Below, piece by piece: positions 44,912-54,208 of a stretch of 61,310 nucleotides of DNA (position 1 is the first letter of the stretch; every line of letters begins with the position of its first letter). The stretch comes from Fidelibacterota bacterium (GTDB lineage: Bacteria > Fidelibacterota > Marinisomatia > Marinisomatales > UBA1611), in NCBI GenBank assembly GCA_002718655.1, contig PBFM01000006.1:1-61310 (forward strand), read 5' to 3'. Both the position numbers and the translations under genes were made by a program. Below the pieces are notes generated by a model, which did not search any database, was not told the origin of the DNA, and worked only from the letters and a program-made list of their open reading frames with translations.

Positions 44912-45940
44912 ATGAAAAAAACAATTTATAATAGCGCAGAGGCTATCCATATAGATAGGCCTATTACTGATCAATATGGTAGAACATTTAACTATCTAAG
45001 ATTGGCAGTAAATGAACATTGCAATTTACGTTGTATTTATTGCATGCCTGAAGAAGGCGTACCATTCAAACCTAAAGACAGACTATTGTCAAAGGATGAG
45101 ATTTGTAAAATTATAAAATTAATGGTAGAAATGGGCCTGGAAAAGATTCGTTTTACAGGTGGCGAGCCTCTTCTAAGGAATGACCTTGTTGAGATCATTC
45201 ATTTTGCTACCCAGATTGATTTAATAAAGGAAGTACATCTTACAACAAACGGACTTCTATTGCCTAAATATATTGATCAATTACTTGATGTCAACATTAC
45301 AGGTATAAATATTAGTCTTGACACTTTGAAAGAAGACAGGTTTAAACAAATAACAAGAAGAGTTGGTTTAAATCAGGTTTTAGAAGGGTTAAAACTTGCT
45401 GTCAGTTCTAATTTAAAATCAGTCAAGCTGAATGTTGTAGCAATGAAAGAATTCAATGATGATGAGATTCTTGATTTTGTGGATTTAACAAAAGAAAACA
45501 ATATAACTGTAAGGTTTATTGAGCTAATGCCTTTTGACTCACGTCAAATATGGAAAACTGGTAAGTTCTACAAGTCAGATCAAATCATAAGTGATATAAA
45601 ATCACATTTCAATAATATCAAAGTTGTTACAGGTTCCAAGACAGAACATAAAATTTTCAAAATAGATGGTTACAAAGGAAAAGTCGCAGTAATTCCTTCA
45701 TATACAAGAAGCTTATGCGGTAATTGTAATCGAATAAGGATAACTGCTGATGGTAAAATTTTAAACTGCCTTTATAGTCAAAGAGAAACGAATCTTAGGG
45801 ACGCTATGCGAAAAAGAATGCCAAACGAAAAAATAAAGAATGTCATTAGAAGAGCAATGCATATGAAATTAAAAGATGGTTGGGCTGCTCAGACTGAAGG
45901 CAAAGAGCGAAGAGAATCTATGACACAAATAGGAGGATGA
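44912..45940 (+). CDS. moaA: GTP 3',8-cyclase
   Basis: Radical-SAM CNLRCIYCMP, FTGGEPLLR, C-terminal cluster CGNCNRIRITADGKILNC, terminal GG. Confidence 0.9.
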   Translation: MKKTIYNSAEAIHIDRPITDQYGRTFNYLRLAVNEHCNLRCIYCMPEEGVPFKPKDRLLSKDEICKIIKLMVEMGLEKIRFTGGEPLLRNDLVEIIHFATQIDLIKEVHLTTNGLLLPKYIDQLLDVNITGINISLDTLKEDRFKQITRRVGLNQVLEGLKLAVSSNLKSVKLNVVAMKEFNDDEILDFVDLTKENNITVRFIELMPFDSRQIWKTGKFYKSDQIISDIKSHFNNIKVVTGSKTEHKIFKIDGYKGKVAVIPSYTRSLCGNCNRIRITADGKILNCLYSQRETNLRDAMRKRMPNEKIKNVIRRAMHMKLKDGWAAQTEGKERRESMTQIGG

Positions 45941-46884
45941 GCATGGATGAATTTTCCCATTTAGATGATATGGGTAACATCAAAATGGTTGATGTGACGA
46001 ATAAACTATCAACAGTAAGAATTGCAAAAGCATCAGGAAAAGTGAATATGGATTCAAAGACTATTCTTGCAATTAATAATGATGAAGTTCCAAAAGGTAA
46101 TGTTCTTACTGCCGCTAAGATTTCAGGAATTAATGGTGCTAAAAAAACAGCAGATTTTATTCCTTTATGTCATCAAATCAATTTATCATTCATAGATGTA
46201 AAATTTGAGATTGATACTAGCTCAATATTGATAAGGTCAATTGTAAAAACTAAAGAATCAACAGGTGTTGAAATGGAAGCTTTGTCAGCAGTATCTAGCG
46301 CTGCATTAACAATTTATGACATGTGCAAAGCCATAGATAAAACAATGAGCATTTCTAGTATAAAATTAGAAAAGAAAGTTGGAGGGAAAACTGATCATGC
46401 TACAGGATATAGACCAACTGTTGGCGTGATAACATTAAGTGATGGCGTAAAAAGTGGAGATCGTGAGGATATATCTGGTAAAATATTGGTTGATGGTTTT
46501 CGTGAATCTGGATGTAAAGTTGAACATCAAGCGATACTAGAAGATGGTTCTAATGATTTGGTTCCAACTATTCAAAATTGGGTTGGTACTGGTGTAGAAC
46601 TTATATTGACAACAGGTGGTACTGGTCTGGGACCTAGAGACCTCACGATTGAGACAGTAGAAGAAATTTTTGATTCAAAAATACCAGGGATTGAACAGGC
46701 ACTCCATTCATATGGAAGAGGTATGATAAAGACTGCGATGCTTTCCAGATTAACAGCAGGAATTACCAAAGAATCCATCATTATTTGTTTACCAGGAAGT
46801 CCTGGTGCTGTAAAAGATGCACTTATTGTTTTAATTCCAACAATATTTCATTCGTTTCATATGATGAAAGGTGAGAAACATTAA
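45937..46884 (+). CDS. moaC: Bifunctional cyclic pyranopterin monophosphate synthase MoaC / MoaB-Mog-like domain fusion
   Basis: N-terminal FSHLDDMGNIKMVDVTNK...IPLCHQ is MoaC. C-terminal VGVITLSDGV...LILTTGGTGLGPRDLT is MoaB/MogA. Confidence 0.85.
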   Translation: MSMDEFSHLDDMGNIKMVDVTNKLSTVRIAKASGKVNMDSKTILAINNDEVPKGNVLTAAKISGINGAKKTADFIPLCHQINLSFIDVKFEIDTSSILIRSIVKTKESTGVEMEALSAVSSAALTIYDMCKAIDKTMSISSIKLEKKVGGKTDHATGYRPTVGVITLSDGVKSGDREDISGKILVDGFRESGCKVEHQAILEDGSNDLVPTIQNWVGTGVELILTTGGTGLGPRDLTIETVEEIFDSKIPGIEQALHSYGRGMIKTAMLSRLTAGITKESIIICLPGSPGAVKDALIVLIPTIFHSFHMMKGEKH

Positions 46885-47622
46885 ATGGAGTTTTTTCTTC
46901 CAATCGTATTTGTTATCATTTCTTTTATCTATTCATCAATTGGATTAGGAGGTGGTTCATCTTACACTGCGTTAATGGCAATTACAGGTGTCAGCTATAA
47001 ACTAATCCCTACTACTTCACTTGCGCTTAATTTATTTGTAACATTTATTGGCATGTTGAATTTTTGGAAATCTGGTCATGGAAGATTAGACTTAATTGGT
47101 CCGTTTTTAATCACATCAATCCCAATGGCATATTTCGCTGGATCTTTAGATTTACGCGAGGAAGTCTTTCAAATAATCCTCACTGCGAGTTTGATTTTAA
47201 TAGCAATAAGAATATATATATACGACAACCTAACAATAATTTATCAATTATCTGTTTTCAAGAGGTGGATTGTAATTGTTTTCCTCGGTCTTGGGCTAGG
47301 TTTTATTTCAGGAGCAGTAGGTATTGGTGGAGGGATTTATCTTGTACCACTAATTATTATGTTTGGTTTGGGTTCACCTAAAGAAGCATCAGCGGCAGGT
47401 GCAATGTTCATTTGGGCTAACTCACTTGCTGGATTTATTGCAAGATATAATATGAATACATTTGATGCAAACTTCATATTTCCGCTGATAATTGCGGTAA
47501 TAGTTGGTGGGTTTTTAGGCTCATATTTTGGATCAATGAGATATACTGCCAAAACAATGGAAAAAATAATGGGCGCTGTTATCATTTTGGCAGTAGTCTT
47601 AATGTTGAGGAATATGTTATGA
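46885..47622 (+). CDS. TauE/SafE (DUF81) family anion permease
   Basis: 245 aa, polytopic. Duplicated GLGGGS / GIGGGIYLVPL motifs typical of sulfite-exporter TauE/SafE family proteins. Abuts moaC-moaB with no gap and overlaps moeA by 4 nt. Confidence 0.7.
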   Translation: MEFFLPIVFVIISFIYSSIGLGGGSSYTALMAITGVSYKLIPTTSLALNLFVTFIGMLNFWKSGHGRLDLIGPFLITSIPMAYFAGSLDLREEVFQIILTASLILIAIRIYIYDNLTIIYQLSVFKRWIVIVFLGLGLGFISGAVGIGGGIYLVPLIIMFGLGSPKEASAAGAMFIWANSLAGFIARYNMNTFDANFIFPLIIAVIVGGFLGSYFGSMRYTAKTMEKIMGAVIILAVVLMLRNML

Positions 47623-48842
47623 TTTCATTTCAAAAAGCAAAATCAATTATTAATGAACATATGTTTGAACTTTCGAAAGAGACAGTACCATTGGATGAAT
47701 CAATTGGACGAGTCTTGGCAGATAATTTAGTCGCACCATTCTCATCTCCAAGGTTTGATAATTCGGCGATGGATGGATTTGCCGTATGTTCTTCAGATAC
47801 ATTAAGAGCTTCAAAAAAGATACCTATCGAACTAAAAATGGTTGGTATTAGTTCAGCAGGGTCCCCTTATCATTCAAAGATTAAGTCTAGAGAATGTGTT
47901 CAATGTATGACTGGTGCAATTATTCCAGAGGGGGCAGATTCGGTTGTAATGGTTGAAGATACAAGCGGGTTTTCAGATAGTAAAATTGTAAAAGTAATGA
48001 TTGAAACTTATCCAGGTAAACATATTCGAATGAAAGGAGAAGAAGTAAACAAAGGTGATATTCTAATTAATCGAGGAACTACCATAACTACAAATGAATT
48101 GGGTGTATTTGCTACATTTGGATATGGAAAATTAAATGTTTCAAAGCGTCCAAAAATTTCAATTTTTGGAACAGGTGATGAGCTTGTAGATCCAGGGCAG
48201 AAATTAAAAGAGGGACAGATTTATAATTCTAATCTTTACGTTTTCTCAGATTTAACTGAAAAGGCAGGGGCTGAGGTTATCAATAGAGATGTAATCAAGG
48301 ATGATGAAACATCTTTAAAGTTATTTTTAAAAGAGGCATTATTGCATTCAGATGTAATAATTTCATCTGGTGGGGTATCAATGGGCCGTTATGATTATGT
48401 AAGGAAAGTTTTTATCGAACTTGGTGTAAAAGAACATTTTTGGAAAGTAGCGCAAAAACCAGGGAAACCACTATTCTTTGGTACGAAAGATAATAAGTTG
48501 ATTTTTGGTCTTCCTGGAAATCCAGTATCATCTTTTATTGGTTACATGGAATGGGTATGGCCTGTATTGAAACATATGCTTGGGGAACAACAAAAGAATA
48601 ATTTAATAGGTGTTTTAGATCAGCCTTTTCCCTTAGAAAAAGCTAAACATAGATTTTTATTTGGTAAGGTTAAAAATAAGAATGGCAAATTAATATGTAG
48701 TCCTACAAACTTAGTTGGGTCACATATGCTCTCATCAGCATTAGATGCCAATTGCATATTGAACTCTAGCCCTGGGACTGGTTCCTTAGATGTAGGAAAA
48801 ACAATCAATTTTAATCTATTGCCCTGGAAGACCATAGAATGA
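47619..48842 (+). CDS. moeA: Molybdopterin molybdotransferase
   Basis: FDNSAMDGFAV, ISIFGTGDELV, SSGGVSMGRYDYV and GLPGNPVSS motifs. Confidence 0.9.
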   Translation: MISFQKAKSIINEHMFELSKETVPLDESIGRVLADNLVAPFSSPRFDNSAMDGFAVCSSDTLRASKKIPIELKMVGISSAGSPYHSKIKSRECVQCMTGAIIPEGADSVVMVEDTSGFSDSKIVKVMIETYPGKHIRMKGEEVNKGDILINRGTTITTNELGVFATFGYGKLNVSKRPKISIFGTGDELVDPGQKLKEGQIYNSNLYVFSDLTEKAGAEVINRDVIKDDETSLKLFLKEALLHSDVIISSGGVSMGRYDYVRKVFIELGVKEHFWKVAQKPGKPLFFGTKDNKLIFGLPGNPVSSFIGYMEWVWPVLKHMLGEQQKNNLIGVLDQPFPLEKAKHRFLFGKVKNKNGKLICSPTNLVGSHMLSSALDANCILNSSPGTGSLDVGKTINFNLLPWKTIE

Positions 48843-49813
48843 TTATTACCCCAAAAGAATTGCAATCTTGGATAAAACAAGGTAAAAACTTTACAGTTTT
48901 TGATGTAAGACCTAAAAAAGAGATAAAAAAAAATCCTCTATCCAAGCTAGATAGTATTGCTGGTGAATTAGAGGAATATAAGGAAATCAAAGGAATAGTG
49001 GTTCTGGTTTGTCAAATTGGTTTGGTAACAGAGAGTATGATAATTCAAAATGAACTTTTTGATACATACAGTTTATTAGGCGGCGTGGAGGCTTGGACTA
49101 ATTTCATAAAAGAGAAAAATGATTTAAGCAGATGGTCACGCCAAACAATTTTAGATGAAATTGGGTTTGAAGGTCAAAAAAAAATAATGAATTCAAATGT
49201 CACAATAATTGGGATGGGTGGGCTTGGCTGTCCTGCAGCTTGTTCTTTGGTTGCTAGTGGGTTGGGTGCCCTTAAAATCATCGACGGAGATGAAATTGAA
49301 GTTTCAAATCTTCATAGGCAGCATTTATTTCGTGAAAGAGATATTGGTAAAAAAAAGGTTTTAAGTGCAAAGAAACGATTAGAATCTTTATCAGAACATG
49401 TTTCAATATCTGCAAAAGACATTTACCTTAATGAAGAAAATGGCTATGATTTAATTAAAAATTCAGATATTATTATTGATGCATCAGACAACATCGCTAC
49501 TAGGTTCATAATTGACAAATTATCAAAAAAGAAAAATATCCCATTGGTATATGGTGCACTTTATAAGTTCGAAGGTTATGTAAGTATTTTCAACGTGAAT
49601 GGTTCAAAAGGTTACTCTGAATTGTTTCCTGGTACAGCCATTAGTTCAGAGACTTGTAATGATGCCGGGATATTGGGAATGATGCCTAGTATCATCGGCA
49701 ATATGCAAGCCTTGGAAACCATAAAGTTAATAGTTGGTATTCAACCTAATTTAGTTGGCAAACTTATGCTTTATAATGGCCTCCTTAATACAACGCAGAT
49801 AATTGAATTATGA
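48839..49813 (+). CDS. moeB: Molybdopterin-synthase adenylyltransferase with N-terminal rhodanese domain
   Basis: The first ~95 aa are rhodanese-like with a Cys loop (VVLVCQIGLVTES). A ThiF/MoeB fold follows (IIGMGGLGCPAACSLVASGLG, DGDEIEVSNLHRQ). Confidence 0.8.
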   Translation: MIITPKELQSWIKQGKNFTVFDVRPKKEIKKNPLSKLDSIAGELEEYKEIKGIVVLVCQIGLVTESMIIQNELFDTYSLLGGVEAWTNFIKEKNDLSRWSRQTILDEIGFEGQKKIMNSNVTIIGMGGLGCPAACSLVASGLGALKIIDGDEIEVSNLHRQHLFRERDIGKKKVLSAKKRLESLSEHVSISAKDIYLNEENGYDLIKNSDIIIDASDNIATRFIIDKLSKKKNIPLVYGALYKFEGYVSIFNVNGSKGYSELFPGTAISSETCNDAGILGMMPSIIGNMQALETIKLIVGIQPNLVGKLMLYNGLLNTTQIIEL

Positions 49814-50055
49814 TAAAAATAAAAATAAAATGTTTTTCACAGGTCAGATATGCTTTAGGAAAAGACGAAATAGCTCTTGAATTAGATGAAGGTACAACTT
49901 CAGATGATTTGGAAAAAATGATTCGTGAAAAAGCGCTAGGTAAATTAGAAAATGTGACTCTAGGCATTGCAATAAATAAGAAATATGTTCTCGATGACAC
50001 CAAGCTAAATGATGGGGATGAAATAGCCTTCATTCCGCCAGTTCAAGGAGGGTAA
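49810..50055 (+). CDS. moaD: Molybdopterin synthase sulfur-carrier subunit
   Basis: 81 aa, ubiquitin-like, ends in PPVQGG. Confidence 0.85.
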   Translation: MIKIKIKCFSQVRYALGKDEIALELDEGTTSDDLEKMIREKALGKLENVTLGIAINKKYVLDDTKLNDGDEIAFIPPVQGG

Positions 50056-50472
50056 TTGATAGTAGTTGAACTAGTTGAATCACCCATCATTCCATTTCAA
50101 TCAAGTAATGATCATAAAGAAAAAGGATCAGAGCTAATATTTAATGGTAGAGTAAGAGAAACAGAGCATGGAGAAAAAATTACGTGTTTAGAGTATGAGC
50201 AATATGAGGGTATGGCAGAAAAAGAGTTGCAAAATATTGCGAATGAAACACAAAATAAATTCCCTGTAGATGATATTTTTTGTCGACACAGAATTGGTGT
50301 TGTTGAGGTAGGAGAAGCCAGTTTACATGTGTCAATATGGTCCAAGCATCGTAAAGAGGGACTTGATGCTATGTCATATTTTATTATTGAGTTAAAAAAG
50401 AGAGTGCCTATTTGGAAGTGGGCAATTTTAGATAGTGGAAAAAAAATTCCAAGTGAATGTAAACATGAATAG
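50056..50472 (+). CDS. moaE: Molybdopterin synthase catalytic subunit
   Basis: 138 aa, TTG start directly after the moaD stop. GELIFNGRVRE...YEGMAEKEL...HRIGVVEVGEASLHVSIWSKHRKE...ELKKRVPIWK. Confidence 0.85.
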   Translation: MIVVELVESPIIPFQSSNDHKEKGSELIFNGRVRETEHGEKITCLEYEQYEGMAEKELQNIANETQNKFPVDDIFCRHRIGVVEVGEASLHVSIWSKHRKEGLDAMSYFIIELKKRVPIWKWAILDSGKKIPSECKHE

Positions 50473-50497
50473 CATTAATTAATTATCCATATTTTCA

Positions 50498-51913
50498 ATG
50501 TTTGGATTTTCAGAACGTTCTGTTTTAAACATACTATTTTGGGTCACTCGAAAAAAATGGCTCATTCTTTCTTTTTTACTTAGCATTTCATTTTTTTATA
50601 TACCTTCGCCGGATGGGCTATCACCTGAAGGTCATCGAACCCTTATTATTGTAAGTGTCGCACTAATACTTATAATTAGCGAATCAATACCTTTGCCAGC
50701 CGTAGCTATTTTAATTTTGATTATGGAAGTGATTCTTGGTGTAGATACTGCGGATGGTGTTGCCTCTTCTTTTATGAGTGATGCTGTATTTTTCATAATG
50801 GGTTCTTTAATGCTTGCTGTATCAATTGTTAACCAAGGACTCGATAAACGGCTTGCTTTAGGTGTGATAAATATTACAGGAAATAAAACTTGGAGAATAG
50901 TATTGGGATTTATCACTATCTCCGCTATTCTATCATCCTTCATTGGTGAACATACTGTAGGTGCAATGATGTTGCCTGTTGCATTAGCTCTAATTCGTAA
51001 CTCTGGTACAGAAACCATAAAATCAGATAATTTATCAACGATTCTTCTTTTCTCAATTGCTTATGGTTGTGCCATCGGTTCTATTGGAACTCCATCTGGA
51101 GGAGGAAGAAACGTAATAATGATTGGCTACTTATCTGAGTTTGGAATAGGGAATGTGTCCTATGTTGATTGGATGAAATTCACCTACCCCATGCTGTTAA
51201 TTCAAATACCCGTTGTTTTCCTGATTCTATGGCATACTTTTACACCATCTCAAAGGAAAATGGATTCTGCTGTTAGAAAACTTAAAATCAAAGTAGCAAA
51301 AAACGGGAAAATGACCCCGCACCAAATTTTAGCGATCGCTATATTTTTATCGGTATTCTTTGGCTGGATCTTTTTAAGTCCAAGAATTGGACTTGGGATT
51401 GTTGCATTAAGTGGCGTTTTTTTATATCTCTCTTTTCGTCTTGTTGACTGGCAGGATATAAGTAAGAATACTAATTGGGGTGTCATCCTTTTATTTGGGT
51501 CTGCAATATCCTTAGGTATTCAAATGAAGGAGACTGGAGCCGCACTTTGGACCGCAGAACACATTTTAAATTTTCTTGAAATCATTTTCGGTGATATGGC
51601 TATTGTACGTTGGTTTGTTGCAGTTGTGGTAACAGGTGTTCTGACTAATCTACTTAGTAGTGCTGCTACTGTTGCTGTACTTGGTCCAATCATATTAGAT
51701 ATGGGTGGTAATGAAATTGTTATGGGAATAATGACATCCATTGCATCTGCGTTTGCTTATTTAACTGTTGTAGCATCGCCTACTATTATGATTATACATT
51801 CCACCGGGCTAATTTCATCGAGTGATTATTTTAAAGCAGGATGGAAGCTGTTTTTATTATCAATAATCCTTCTCTTTATTATCTCTAGAATTTATTGGCC
51901 TTCCTTATTATGA
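50498..51913 (+). CDS. DASS/SLC13-type (ArsB/NhaD superfamily) anion permease
   Basis: 471 aa, polytopic. Repeated SIGTPSGGGRNV / ...ASPT hairpin-like motifs typical of divalent anion:Na+ symporters. Confidence 0.65.
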   Translation: MFGFSERSVLNILFWVTRKKWLILSFLLSISFFYIPSPDGLSPEGHRTLIIVSVALILIISESIPLPAVAILILIMEVILGVDTADGVASSFMSDAVFFIMGSLMLAVSIVNQGLDKRLALGVINITGNKTWRIVLGFITISAILSSFIGEHTVGAMMLPVALALIRNSGTETIKSDNLSTILLFSIAYGCAIGSIGTPSGGGRNVIMIGYLSEFGIGNVSYVDWMKFTYPMLLIQIPVVFLILWHTFTPSQRKMDSAVRKLKIKVAKNGKMTPHQILAIAIFLSVFFGWIFLSPRIGLGIVALSGVFLYLSFRLVDWQDISKNTNWGVILLFGSAISLGIQMKETGAALWTAEHILNFLEIIFGDMAIVRWFVAVVVTGVLTNLLSSAATVAVLGPIILDMGGNEIVMGIMTSIASAFAYLTVVASPTIMIIHSTGLISSSDYFKAGWKLFLLSIILLFIISRIYWPSLL

Positions 51914-52794
51914 AAATATTAATTGCAATAAGTAGTAAAGAATATTCAGCGCCTACATTGGATGTAGGGATGAAAATTGCACGTTTATTGAATGCTTCAA
52001 CAACTATCGTTGACGTAGGGGAAAAAATAAATGAGTTCAGTATTAAGGATATAAATTTAGCAAATGAGCTAATGGAAACATGGGATATGGATAGGCCAGG
52101 TGTAGATGTCCTTGAATGGGCATACAAATACCTAGAAAAAAATAATTTTATTAATACAAAACATATTGGTGAAGGTTTCCCAAAGCATTCTTTGATTGAC
52201 AGTGGTACTGGAAGAGCTGAAATTTTATTGAAAGGTTCAACAATTAGTAATCTAAATCTAATTTTGAGAAATGGTGATATTATTGAAGAGCTACGTAATG
52301 AGATTCAAGTCCATGATTATGATCTTACAATCATTGGTGGTAGCGGCAGGCGTAATATGGCTCATGATCTTGTTCAATACATTGATAGTTCAATTTTTAT
52401 TGTAAATAGTTTTGATTCAAACAAAAAATATAAAATTTTATTAGCAGTTGATGATTCTCCTGGAACTGGTAAAGCCGTTAAATATGCAGTAAGAGTTGCA
52501 CAGGCATTCGATATTAATGTTGATTTGATAACAGTAAGCAAGGATAATCATTTTGGAGAAGGATGCAAGAGAGCATCAGAAAAATCACAGAAAATGTTGA
52601 GAAGAAGCGGTATAGATTACATTGTTCACTTTAAAAAAGGTAACCCAGTTGACACTATTGTAAAAACTGCTGGTTCTAATCATATAATTATAATGGGGGC
52701 CTCCACGCAATCACCTCTCACAAAATTTTTTATGGGAAGCAAACCACTTAATGTAATTAAAGCCTCAGATTGTCCTGTAATAATAGTAAAATAA
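51910..52794 (+). CDS. Tandem universal stress protein (UspA family)
   Basis: MKILIAISSKEY from ATG 51910, which forms an ATGA overlap with the permease stop. Second repeat KILLAVDDSPG...IIMGASTQSP...PVIIVK. Confidence 0.7.
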   Translation: MKILIAISSKEYSAPTLDVGMKIARLLNASTTIVDVGEKINEFSIKDINLANELMETWDMDRPGVDVLEWAYKYLEKNNFINTKHIGEGFPKHSLIDSGTGRAEILLKGSTISNLNLILRNGDIIEELRNEIQVHDYDLTIIGGSGRRNMAHDLVQYIDSSIFIVNSFDSNKKYKILLAVDDSPGTGKAVKYAVRVAQAFDINVDLITVSKDNHFGEGCKRASEKSQKMLRRSGIDYIVHFKKGNPVDTIVKTAGSNHIIIMGASTQSPLTKFFMGSKPLNVIKASDCPVIIVK

Positions 52795-52909
52795 TCTCAA
52801 TAAAAAACTCTCTAAATGGAATCATTCGAATGCTAAATGTTAGGTTTTTTGTTAATTAAATGATAATTAGATTCTGAAGTCATAACTTTTTATATTAAAC
52901 GGAGTAATT

Positions 52910-54142
52910 ATGTCATCAAGTACAGATCCAACTTCATCAGCGTATGATGCTGCTGTAAAAAACTTAGGTTTAAAACCAAATATTGCCAAAGCACTTGAAA
53001 TCCCTGACCGTGAATTGACGGTTGAAGTTCCATTTAGAAAAGATAATGGTGAATTAGAAAGTGTGATAGGATTTAGGGTGCAACATAATAATACAAGAGG
53101 TCCATTTAAAGGAGGGATTAGATACCATCAACATGTAGATATTGATGAAGTAAGGTCACTTGCCACCTTAATGACTTGGAAAACATCATTACTAGACATC
53201 CCTTATGGTGGTGGGAAAGGCGGTATTGGAGTCAATCCTAATAATTATACCAAAACGGAATTAGAAAGAATGTCTAGAAGATTTTTTCGAGCAATAGATC
53301 CAGTAATAGGTGTAAATGTTGATATCCCAGCTCCTGATGTAAATACAAATGCACAAGTAATGAGTTGGTTTATGGATGAGTATAGTCAGATTCATGGATA
53401 TTCTCCTGGAATTGTTACTGGAAAGCCGTTAGAGCTAGGAGGTTCAGAAGGACGTGAGGCAGCTACCGGAAGGGGTACTGCTGTCATTACACGTGAAACA
53501 TCTGAAAAGTGGGGAATAAATTTAAAAAATTGTAAAGTGGTTATTCAAGGTTTTGGCAATGTAGGTTCATATGCAGCAAAATTTCTTCATGAGTATGGTT
53601 GCAAGATAATTGCAGTTAGCGATGTTACTGGAGGTCTATTTGATATTGATGGATTAGATATCCCTTCACTTTTTGATTATAATTATGAGCATAGAACAAT
53701 CGATGGTTTTGAGCAGGGGAAAAAGATAACAAATGAAGAATTACTTTCATTAGAATGTGATTTTCTTATTCCTGCTGCACTTGGAAGTGCAATAAATACA
53801 TCTAATGTAGATTCTTTAAATTGCAAAGTTATTGTAGAAGCGGCTAATGGCCCAGTTACTGGTGACGCTGCTGAAAAGCTTTGGGATAAGAAAATTGCTA
53901 TCATACCTGACATCTTAACAAATGCAGGTGGTGTAACCGTATCTTATTTTGAGTGGGTTCAAAATCTTCAACAGTTCAAATGGACTGAGGATGAGGTAAA
54001 CTCCAAACTTGAAAAAAAGATGGTAAATGCATTTGATGAGGTCTACGCAATCAAGAAAGAACGGAGTGTACCAATGAGAATTGCGTCATTTATGGTAGCT
54101 ATTGACAGAGTACATAATGCCTATAAACTAAGAGAGGGATAG
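52910..54142 (+). CDS. gdhA: Glutamate dehydrogenase (Glu/Leu/Phe/Val dehydrogenase family)
   Basis: 410 aa. GPFKGGIRYH, PYGGGKGGIGVNP, VIQGFGNVGS. Confidence 0.9.
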   Translation: MSSSTDPTSSAYDAAVKNLGLKPNIAKALEIPDRELTVEVPFRKDNGELESVIGFRVQHNNTRGPFKGGIRYHQHVDIDEVRSLATLMTWKTSLLDIPYGGGKGGIGVNPNNYTKTELERMSRRFFRAIDPVIGVNVDIPAPDVNTNAQVMSWFMDEYSQIHGYSPGIVTGKPLELGGSEGREAATGRGTAVITRETSEKWGINLKNCKVVIQGFGNVGSYAAKFLHEYGCKIIAVSDVTGGLFDIDGLDIPSLFDYNYEHRTIDGFEQGKKITNEELLSLECDFLIPAALGSAINTSNVDSLNCKVIVEAANGPVTGDAAEKLWDKKIAIIPDILTNAGGVTVSYFEWVQNLQQFKWTEDEVNSKLEKKMVNAFDEVYAIKKERSVPMRIASFMVAIDRVHNAYKLREG

Positions 54143-54208
54143 ACTTTTTTCTAAATGAAAAAACTTTTTTAAATTAAAACAATTAATAAAGAGGAACTAA
54201 AAATAATC

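Noticed and set aside
47064-47381. 105-aa + strand ORF in an alternative frame inside the TauE-like gene (and similar out-of-frame ORFs at 24208..24432, 28290..28580, 37041..37244, 56637..56870)
   Set aside because: All are nested in alternative frames of strongly supported genes and lack motifs, SD sequences or conservation cues.
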